Assembly: GCA_038496445.1 (NCBI GenBank)
Contig: JALMLS010000039.1
Coordinates: forward strand, 1-64,000
Reading direction: 5' to 3'
DNA: 64,000 bases
DNA from: Trichosphaerium sp. ATCC 40318
Lineage: Eukaryota; Protista; Tubulinea
Shown here one piece after another: positions 38,892-49,945 of this stretch. The notes under the pieces are model-generated. The model worked only from the letters and a program-made list of their open reading frames with translations. It had not been told where the DNA came from and did not search any database. The position numbers and the translations under genes are program-made. Position 1 is the first letter of the stretch. Each line of letters begins with the position of its first letter.

Positions 38892-39287
38892 ATGGCAACA
38901 TCTCTCTACGCCATTCTTCTTGTTGTTTCTTTGACTGTAATTGCAGCATACCGTGATAGAACAGACAGAGTTGTCGCTGTATGTGCAAAAACATACAAAG
39001 GAAAAACATTTGCTGGGGTAGAGGCTTACAGTGATACTTATGATACTGAGTGCATTTATACACAAAGAATGCGCACAACAGAGCGTAAATATCTGCAAGT
39101 ATATTTACCTCGTAGGTATGAGTGGTCAGGAAGACTTCGTTCCTTCAGCTTTGTTGACAGATCTCAATGGAAAGTTTGGCGTAAACAAAGACGTTATGAC
39201 CAATCATTTGGAGGCTCTTATACACACCAGATATGTAGAAGTACTAATCCAGTAGATTGTGCTGTTTCAGTTACATATGGGTATTAG
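38892..39287 (+). CDS. Small secreted protein of unknown function (131 aa, intronless)
   Basis: Signal-peptide-like MATSLYAILLVVSLTVIAA; Arg/Tyr/Trp-rich mature part with 4 Cys; AATAAA downstream. Confidence 0.65.
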   Translation: MATSLYAILLVVSLTVIAAYRDRTDRVVAVCAKTYKGKTFAGVEAYSDTYDTECIYTQRMRTTERKYLQVYLPRRYEWSGRLRSFSFVDRSQWKVWRKQRRYDQSFGGSYTHQICRSTNPVDCAVSVTYGY

Positions 39288-39682
39288 TTGAAATAACCTA
39301 CTGTTGAATGTATGAATAAAATCATCGTTGATAAATGTGTTTGAACTTTACTATGAAAACGAAGTTACCTTCACGAGAACCTGATCTGTTTCGAAAACTT
39401 GTTGCCAAGTTTAAGCTAAGAATCTTTGTTGTTTGCTACTGAACCGGTAAACTTAGTCCCATGTCTGATGTACATTCATATGTTAGCTTCTTTTAAAGTA
39501 CACAGTTAAGTCCGAGAGGACACTTTAAAACCAAAGCTAGATATGTTGTATTACTCAACAACATACATGAAACGGTGCTTGGGTGTATCTACAGTAACCA
39601 CTTGCGGTATTCGCTTTTAATAATTGTGTCATTTCACAACTTAAGTTGTATTTAATTTAGGCCCAAAGTCCTCACGCAATCA

Positions 39683-42600
39683 ATGTCGCTTGTGAGACTC
39701 TTTATTGTATTGGCTCTGTTTCTTGGGATACTCACAACGTCGTATGCTCAAACTGATTTTGTAACGGCATTGAGAAAAGCGCACTCAAACGACACTTCAT
39801 TCCACGTGCGTTCAAAAATGCTATTGCTATTATTATCGTATCAGTTATTTTTTCTTTCAAATCTTATTACCCAATCCATTATTATTTACCCATTTCAGCC
39901 CTGTAACTACACTGGCATTACATGTGATGGAAATAACTCAATTTTGGAAGTGTACATAGCCCACAATCTTATTACAATGTTAATCGGATAAATCGCAGGA
40001 GGATAGAAAAGGACATCGAGTTGAAGTTATCTGATGACGCGTTTGATGCTCTGGACAACCTCACTGTTTTGTACGAAATTGATAATTCCATTTCGCATTA
40101 GATTTACAATACTTGTAGATACCTCTATAGCAATGCGATTTCTTGGCGGCTTACGTTGAACCCCGGCAAGCTAACGAAGCTGTTACATTTGTAAGTCATA
40201 AAATTAACCAATGTAAGTTTGTGCTACTTAACGCATGTTCACAGGTTCCTCCGTGGGACGGCAATGTCAGTTGTCGTGGGTCAGTCTGTTTGTGGCTTGA
40301 AGTTACTTCAAAAATTGTACGATTAAAAAAAACATTGACCATCACGTGATCATACAGCCACAATTGTTAAATTGTGGTTTTTTAATTTGATAATTTATTG
40401 TTATTTAAAGGACACTGCTAGAAGTACAACTAACGGGAAAGATTCCTGATTGTATTGGTGATTTAGCCGACTTGGAACACATGTGCGTTCTTTGTACTAC
40501 ATAGAGATTCAATGGCTAACAACAAAAAAAAGACAAATAGGAAGACCTCGTCTTCAAACTGGCAAGTTAACCTTTTAAGCGAAGCCTTTTGGTCGTTCGA
40601 CTATTTTTTTTCCTGTACGAGCTGTTCATGTATCTAAAAAATCATCTATAGGCATCACAGGGACATTTCCACAAGCTGTGCTTCAGTTAAAAAAATTAAA
40701 GTTGTTGTGAGTGACATGACCATTCTTACTTTTTTCTAATTTTCTTGTACTTATGTCGCTTGTAGATCACTAAGAAATAACAATTTATCGGGAACTGTTC
40801 CTTCTAATTTATTTATAAAACTACCTCAACTTGAAACTCTGTAAGTACATAACTAACCTTAGTCAGCAAACTCATTTTTTACTTAAAGCAACCTTTCTTT
40901 AAATAAAATAAGTGGACATATTCCAGATGTACCTCCTGAATCTTCTCTGCGCTCACTGTATGGATTTCAGTTGGTTTTTAAATCTAAGCTTCTACACTCA
41001 AGCAATATAGATTTCACCTCAATGAGCGGGAAAATACCTGAACAGATATACATCAATGGTTTAAAACGCTTGTATGTCGCCTTAAAAGAATCCATCACTT
41101 TCACCATCTCACACTTGTTTGTTTCTCAAGGGAAATAACTGGGTTAATAGAATTATCAAACGACTTGGATGTATCACGCATTATTCCGCCAGCATTTGAA
41201 CACATAACTGCGTTGTACGTGCGCAAACTTTTCTTCGAAATTTAAGAAACTGAATTGAAAGCTTTAGTTGTAGTTGTATTGAACTTGTATTTAGGAGTTT
41301 TGGATCAGAGAGTTCTAGTAAACCTTTGGGAAAGATACCTGAACACTTTTTTAATTTCACTGCTCTAATACGTCTGTATGGATACTTCTTACTTAAAAAC
41401 CCTAGCTTGCCTTTCGGCTTTTTACAACTGACAATTTTTAGCGGTTTAATTAATTGTGAGTTAGAGGGAACTATACCTGATCTTCGCCACTTCCCAAACT
41501 TAAACTATTTGTACGCCATATTAGGTTCATACAAGAGAGCCATCATAACTGTTTTTGTAGGCATCTTTCGAATAATAAGCTGACAGGTACTATTCCTGAG
41601 TGGATATTCAAGCTATCCACTGCGTATGTATAAATGGTTTTCACGTGATTTTCTTAACTTGGTACTAAAGGGAATTATCGAATAATGCGTTATCTGGAAG
41701 CTTACCTCAGGTAAAAGATGATTCATACGACAGATATCAGTTGTAAGTTCCCAACCCTCAACCAAAAGTTTATTGTAACCATTAATCGCTGTAGAGCTCT
41801 AAGCGGAAATAATCTTTCCGGAAACCTCCCTCCAATAATTGCCAGTTACACTGTGTTGTATGTGTACTTATTGTAATGATGACGTGTAATTCATTGCTAG
41901 GAATTTGGCTAGTAATAGCTTCTCAGGAGGACTGCAGTATCTTAAACAAGCTAAAGCTAACACCTTGTAAGCCTATCTCGTTTGTTATTCTACTTGGTTC
42001 TTTTAATTTTGAACTACCTCTAGGTCTCTCTCAGATAACAATTTCACTGGATCCATTCCGGAGTTTAACAAGCAGATAAGATATTTTACAATGTAAGTGC
42101 ATTATGTTTATTAGTACTAATATTCAATCGCAGAAATTTGTCAGGAAACAAGTTTAGCGGATCTATAACACCGGAGGTGTTGAATCTTAACGTTGAAAAG
42201 TTGCTGCTGAATGGTAATTCATTGTCAGGAAACCTTCCTGAGGACGTTGATGTATCTCATATCACCCAATTGTACACGTATCTTTTTGATTTTGAAAAAA
42301 CTAACGCATTTTATCTGTCATAGAAACTTAGCTGATAATGAACTATATGGACCTCTACCGGTTTACTTAAAGGATATAACACAACTGCAAGTATGCTTTT
42401 AACCTAAAACAACACTTATTATTACTATTAGAGGGATCTTAAACAATAGATTCTGGTGCCCTTCTTCTGCTTTTGCAGTTCAGAAATGGTAAGCTCAATA
42501 TTATTGACGCTTCACTATAACACTCGATCAATAACACGGGATAGTGCTGACCTCGACGCGTTTGGTAATAATTACTTTTGCGATGAGTCAGGAATGTCTT

Positions 42601-43172
42601 GTGAAACATTAGGAAGCCTCAATTGCCCTGGAATATGTAGAAGCCTTCCTATTAAAATTAAAGGCAGTTACACACTACCAAAGGATGCGAAAATAGACAG
42701 CCCAACAGTGATTCAAGGCAATCTAACTATTACTCATCAAACGACAATAACCCTTCCATCTGACTTTAAAGAAAACGATGTAATGTTGACAGTTGAAGGT
42801 GACTTACAAGCCCCATTTGTTTTGTTATGAATTTCTTGTTTTATTCTTACTTTAGGTTGTTTAACGCTTTCTGAAACCAGCGGGATAGCTGTTGCTCTAC
42901 CTCACCGACGGTTTTCTGTAATTAACCTTGTCAAATCTAATTGTGTTGTTGGTGAAGTGAACAACATCAGGACTTCAACAAACAATGTCCAAGACTGCTA
43001 TTATGACTTTGCAAAAAAAACTAAAACAGGGTATGTTTGTTTGTCATACGTCTTCTTTCACGTGCTTACAATATCTCCAAGAATACTAATGCATATCACT
43101 GACAAATGCTCTGGACAACAGATCACCATTTTTAGTTTAATTTTGTTGATAATTAGTTTAGTATTGTACTAG
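39683..43172 (+). CDS. LRR surface receptor paralog 5 (~19 LRRs), apparently intact
   Basis: MSLVRLFIVLALFLGILTTSYAQ signal, one extra LRR exon (LTGKIPDCIGDLADLEH), Cys cap, tail IFSLILLIISLVLY*. Uses GC donors at 40562 and 42387; one early junction near 40260 is uncertain. Confidence 0.8.
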
Positions 43173-43607
43173 CATCAATAGGGCACGTAGCATACTTTGT
43201 AAATAAACAGGTTTTTTTGGTTAGCTCCGTATCCTATCTCTTGGTTTGACCTCTTGGTCAGGAATCCTGAGATACTTCCATCCATTATATGTTACATATG
43301 ATTTTATGACGTTGGTGGGAGTACACACTATAAAGTTAGCAAGGCTGAACGCTATATGTATTCCCACAAACACCAATCTTTCAGTTTCTATAAAGTTGTA
43401 TTTTAAACTTAATCAGGTTTTTGGTTCAACACCAAATAACAGTTTAAGATGTGTTATACTTGAGGTGGTTGCGTGTCTTTTAGTGTAACAAGTTTCCTCA
43501 GGATGCGATATTATAAGTATGGTCATCAGAAAGCATAAAAAGCAGAAAAATCGGTTATCTTTTTCTGTAGTGAAAGTCAACAGAAAAGTCAAAACTATAA
43601 TCGCATT

Positions 43608-45703
43608 ATGATCAAGGGAGCAGCGTTAGTAGTTTTATTGTTCCTCGTTAGTGTTCTAGCAGAGCGAGATGGCAGATGTATCCTTTTTTATTCCCTTCTA
43701 ACACCTAACTGAAGCCTAACGGTTCACGACCGCTAAACTCGTTTCTTCCTTGACGCACGAACAAGATTATAGGATAAATATTCCTTCTAGCAGGATTTCA
43801 GAGCTTCCACCGCAGAGCCAAGATTTCTTCGTACAACTCCGTGGAGAAGATCACGTGGAGGCATATGCTGACGATGCACATGTTTTGCAGTTGATTAAAC
43901 AAGGTTTCACCCTTGAAAACGTTACAGAGGTAGAGGTAAAGTACATTTTTATTTTTTAATCTTGTAGCCGTCACGTGATTAATTTAACTGTTTTTTAAAG
44001 GATCATAAAAGAATGAAGCGACAATCGTGGCCTTCAAATGATGATATGTATAACAGAATGCAGACACTTGCTACTAACTACCCGCACCTTACAAACTTGT
44101 TTTCAATAGGTAATTTGAAGTAACTTGTTTTATTTTTTTTCGATTGTGACATCAACCACGTTTTAAATAATCTCTTACTAATATTTCGTATCGCATTTGA
44201 CCACTGTTTTAGGCAAGAGTGTATCTGGCGTAGAATTGATGGTATTAGAAATTTCTAACAACGTACGCAAGAATCCGTTAAGAAATACTTCAATGTCGTT
44301 TTGGTTAACTCATACTTTAGCCTGGTGACCGCACAGAGAACAAACCTGATTTCAAATACATTGCAAACATGCACGGTAAGTAATAAAAGCTTATAGTTTT
44401 ACTAACAATTGCATAGGAGATGAAGTAGTCGGCCGCGAGCTTTGCATGAAATTTATGGAACTCGTCCTTACAAATTATGGAACAGACCCTGCTATTACAC
44501 GTTTAGTTACAGACACTCACATGTTTATCATGCCTACAATGAACCCAGATGGTACGTATATTTTAATTATTATTCTTTAGACACTATACACTGACGGACG
44601 GCGTAGGATTCGCTAGAGGAAGACGCGCAAATAATAACGGTTATGATTTGAACAGAAATTTTCCTGATCAATTCCGTGACCCTAATAACTCTCCAAATGG
44701 AAGACAACCAGAAACACAAGCGATTATGAACTGGATCCAAGATCCACAATACAAGTTCGCTCTTTCTGCAAACTTTCACGGCACGTGATAAAAAGTTTCT
44801 TTCGAAGTTTTTTTTTTTGCTAATACTGTTCTCAAGGTGGTGCTTTGGTAGCTAATTATGCTTATGATTGCAACGCTCAAGGACAGAGTGGCCGTTATAC
44901 TCCTACTCCAGATGACGATTTATTTGTAAAGATATCAACAGTGTACTCAATACTGAATCCACCTATGTATCGTAGCACTTCTTTCAAGGATGGCATAACA
45001 AACGGCGCAGCATGGTAAGAAAAAAAACTTGAAAACACTGTTAATCACGTGATTTTTTTTTTCTTTTTTTTTCAGCGTCACGTGACTGTTTTTGTAAAGG
45101 TATTGCTTGTTCGGTGGTATGCAAGATTGGAACTATGTTTATGAAGACTGTTTTGAGATCACATTGGAAGTATCAAACAGTAAAACACCTCCATACTCAC
45201 AAATCGAAACATTCTGGTAAAGACTCTTTTCGCATGAACTTACTCTTACTTGTTTCTCTTTAATTTGTTTCTTAGGAACGAAAACAGAGACTCAATGGTC
45301 GCTTACGCTTCTGAAATTTTCACTGCTATCCAAGGAACTGTTTTCAAAAGTACAAAAAAAACTCGGAGAGTTTCCGTAATTTGTTTTGATTTTTGTATCA
45401 TGTGCGTTTAGTTCTGACGACTATTTATAGCTGGCACAAGGACAGTACCAGAAGGAGCTAAAATTGAGATTGTAGGAAACCCAAAGCACATGAAAATACA
45501 CAAGGTACGCGAACAAGAGACAAAGCAAACTTGCAATAAAACTGACTAATTTTTCTTCAAAGAATGGCATGTTCTATCGTATGGTACTACCTGGTGAGTA
45601 CAAAATTAAGGCAACAGCCAACGGATGCGAGTCTAAAGAAGTGCATGTCACTGTCGCTGGACAAATGGTTGCAAAGCACCAATTCGAACTTAGCTGTGTT
45701 TAA
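43608..45703 (+). CDS. Secreted zinc carboxypeptidase, M14 N/E subfamily (CPD/CPM-like)
   Basis: Signal [18 protein letters not shown]; [64 protein letters not shown]; transthyretin-like tail [12 protein letters not shown]. Confidence 0.95.
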
Positions 45704-46085
45704 AAAAACAATAAAACGAAGCAAGTTTTCTCAAGACTTAAGGTATCATTCAGTGTTTATCGCGCTTCCCCGCCCGTTTGTAAGCAACCGTAGATTTGGA
45801 GGAGAGAACCTGGCTCTTCACAGCTTCGATCTTACTTTATTAACGGGAGTAGCACCCTTGTGCATTCAAATAAAACTAAACAACTTTTAGGATTCGCTAC
45901 TTTCTGAAAGTTGTTTTCGTTAAATCCTAGTTACCTAAACAACTATACCTCGCTTATCAAACGCCAGTAAAATACGATTTCTAGTGTCATTATTCATACA
46001 AAAGGTAGGACTTATTTATTCTATTTATTCTATTTATGTCGCAAAGATACAGAAATGTCACCTACATATTAGTTTGTACCAGAAA

Positions 46086-48073
46086 TCATTGATCATCTGG
46101 TACTATGCGGTCATTGTACATAGCACGTATCTCAAGCTCATAAACAGGCAAAGCCTGATTGGAAGAGTATAAGAACCATTCCATGCATCGAGGGGAGCTG
46201 TTACTATCATATCCAGGAGTAGGTTGCAGTCCAGGTGTTTTCTAAGTAAACAATCAAACAATGACCAAAAAAGTGGTTTACATACTTTTTTGACAAGGTT
46301 GGTTTTGCCTGGAAGTATGCGAAGCATGAGCACTTTAACAGTGTCACCTGATCTCATAGGCGTGAGTAATCCATTTGGGCGAGAGTATTTAAGACAGTAG
46401 TCTACATATCGTGATACATAGATTCCCTTTGTACCATCACCAAACCACCCTGTTTTTAACAGTTTTTAGTTGAAACAAAGTAAAAACTTCCACGCACCAC
46501 TGTCAGTCGCAGTAGTACTGTTGTTTTCACTATGACCAATAGGAAGTAGACCGCTTCTATACACCACAGTTAGTGCACATGTTGATAATATCTATCAATT
46601 GGAATCGTACTTGCAAATACTCTCCAAGTTTGATGGTGAAGTTCCGTGAAATCCAATAAACTCTCTATTATCTCCATGTAATTGTTGCTTCTTTTCTTCA
46701 TACGCATCTCTAGATTATGTTTAGACACAAAGAAGGTTTTTGTAAAATACCTGAGCTTGGGGTTGTGAACACGGCGAGCACCAACAAGGATGAATATGAG
46801 CGGTTTGGGTAGGTGTGGTCGATTGTAAACAGTAATGTGATTGCTTGTCTCTGCTTTAACTTTTTGCACCAAGTCTGTAAACTCTTTTGAGTTTTTAGAT
46901 ACTATGATCACAATAAATATACGATTACATATGAGTGAGTGCCTACCTTGTTCTAACAGTGTTGACTGATGACTAGATGCACCTATTTGTAATTGTTAAC
47001 AAAGTGTTAGGTGTTTGTTTTAGTGCCTTGTTTCAGGTCCTCGATGTACTGTAGAATTTTGTTTACATACCCTAAGGGTACTTTAAGCAAGATGAGTGTT
47101 GTTTTATCAAGAGCCAAAAAGTCACAACCACTACAAAATGTCAGGTATGTGCTGTTATGAAACAGGCAGATAAAAATACTAATATGTACCTCAATTTTTG
47201 TGGTGCTAGTATATCAACGAGCTGAGGTTCAATCCTGTTGAGTACGTATAATACCTGATCACATGTCCATGTGGATGGTGATATTGACTTATTTTTACCA
47301 ATGTATGAGATAGTAAGTGGTTCAGGGGCGAATGTTACTTTGTACTCATCAAGAAATGTGATCAACTTTTTTTGTTCCATTATCCATTTTGCTTCTATTG
47401 TTTTCTCGCCAGGGAGTGTTATTTTGCAATCTGAAATGGGCTTATTTGATATCCACTTAGCATCGCACATTGTACCATCAACAAAATAAACACATCCAGA
47501 GATGTATCTGTCGTCTTTAAATTCACCTTTGTATTTAGTTCCATCTGGCCATGTCTTCTCTCCTTTGCCATTAAATTTGTTATCTTTAAATTCGCCAACA
47601 TACTTCTTTCCATTTGGCCATGTATATTCTCCTTTGCCATTAAATTTGTAATCTTTAAATTCACCAACATACTTCGTTCCATCTGGCCGTGTGTATTCTC
47701 CTTTGCCATTAAAATAGTCATCTTTAAATTCGCCAACATACTTTATTCCATCTGGCAATGTAAATTCTCCTTTGCCATTACGTTTGTTATCTTTAAATTC
47801 GCCAACATACTTTCTTCCATCTGGCAATGTATATTCTCCTTTGCCATTACGTTTGTTATCTTTAAATTCGCCAACATACTTCGTTCCATCTGGCCATGTC
47901 TTCTCTCCTTTGCCATTAAATTTGTTATCTTTAAATTCGCCAACATACTTGTTTCCATTTGGCCATGTATATTCTCCTATGCCATCAGATTTGCCGTAAA
48001 TAAATTCGCCTACATATTTGCTGCCATCGCTAAACGTTCTCTCTCCGGTATACCTTTGTGTAAAATTTCCCAT
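46086..48073 (-). CDS. MORN + SAM + ADP-ribosyltransferase, copy B (8 MORN units), intact
   Basis: Same exon structure as copy A; FHGT, GIY and MEWFLY retained; stop at 46086-46088. Confidence 0.85.
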
Positions 48074-49945
48074 TTGTTGTAAATATTATTAAAGAACGCA
48101 GAAATCGCTTCACGTGATGCGTTTGACTCTTTTATGTTATGTCAAGTCAATTACAGTCACTGACCAACTTGTTTCAATTTACAACAGTTATTCGTTCATT
48201 TCGGTGTAAGTACTACATACCAATGTCCCTCATGGCCAAATTTGATTTTTAACAAATTGCCAACATACAACTGATGCCTACAAAACACGTGAAAAGTCTC
48301 GAAAAATAATAACAAGTAAGATTTCATCAAAACAGCTCAAAAAGCCTCAGAAACCCATCTCCTACGCACGATAGACCTCTCACGAGAGCATCTAGTAAAA
48401 AGCAAAACAAAAATTAACAAAAAGAGAAAGAACGCAAGTTCAACACGTGCAGCAACTAAAAATTGTAAACTAGGCAATAAACAGATACATTTGACAGAAC
48501 GAAAGTGGCTTGATAATTCTACCAGAGTGTTTAACGATATTAATCCTACTGCCCTTCCGTTATGAAATGAATACAATCCCAATGCCCTTCCGTAATGAAT
48601 GAATGCTATGAATATTCAAATACAGCCAGTATTCACAGTAGGAGGGGAGTATTAGATTTGTTTTATGGCAATCACTTGAGGTGCCGCAATACATTGATTG
48701 ATGACCAGTGAGTCACACTAGTTTAGTCTAATTACTTTTTTGATGTTATCAATCTCAGGTAGGGGTAGATCAATTTCCAGGGAGGTACACTGATTTCGGA
48801 AATCGGGAAGAGACAATCATTCACAAAAAAAAATTTCTTTTGTTTTGTTTTTTAATTCAAACTCAGATATAACAACACAGGCCATAGCCAAAGGTAAATA
48901 CTGACTCTTCGGAACTACTAGAGTCCATTATAACCAAGCTACTATTAGCAACGTAGGTTCCACATGTGAGTGTTCAAGCTGTACAAAAGAAAACAACTCT
49001 AAACGACATTTCTACCTTGCTACTAACACTCTAGAGGGCGTAGATAGAACAATTATTTGGAGTGAGAAGACGTGTCTATCTCAGATTTGTCACATTCTCT
49101 TTAGTGTCAGGCAAATAGGTATGAATAATGAATAGTGAATAAATTTTTACTCATGCCAGACGTTCACATAACCAATATATGGAAGGTTCATATAGCCATT
49201 TCCAGTACAGTGGCTGAATTTAAGCTCAAAATGGCACCAACATAAAATACAGGTACAAACAAAAAGAGTTTATTTACTACAATGGGTTTTGTGTCTTTCG
49301 TGTTGAACGCCAAAGTAAACCATCAAGATTTGTGAGGGACAGGTTTTCAGTAACGCTAATAGTGAAAACCAGTAATTAAGTGTTTGTTGTTGGAAATCAC
49401 ATGGACTGACATTGTAATACGCGTTACAAAATCAAAACCTGCATCACCATACACCAGTGAATATACCAAGTGGGGCAATGAATAATGCGTATATTCCTAA
49501 CGGAAGGGCATTACGCTGCCTCTTATTCTATTAAAAAAACCCCACGGACTGGAATATGTCCTCTTTATTTATTCCTCTCCTAACATTGATTACAATGTGA
49601 TAATCGTAAGTACAGCAGAAAGTAACATATAAGCCACATATATTGAGGCCAATACATGAACAAAAATCTTGTTACATTACAACAAGTCACCATAGAAACG
49701 GGATATGTCCTTGTTATTAATTTACAATGTAACGTAATGTATAATGGCAAGTAACAGGTACTAGAAAGCATCATTTACTTTGTCTTAGAACAGTAGTTTA
49801 TTGTATGGATGCATACGGATTAAAAAAGAGTGGTATCACAAGGAATCATGTGTATTGTATTGGTCTCTTGTATGACAAGTCTCACGTGCTCTTTGTATGA
49901 CAAGTCAATAAAAATGAACAAAAAAATCAAGGTTTGTACAAGAAA

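Noticed and set aside
48850-49780. Exon-like open stretches between ART copies B and C
   Set aside because: Could not be assembled into a gene or assigned to a family.
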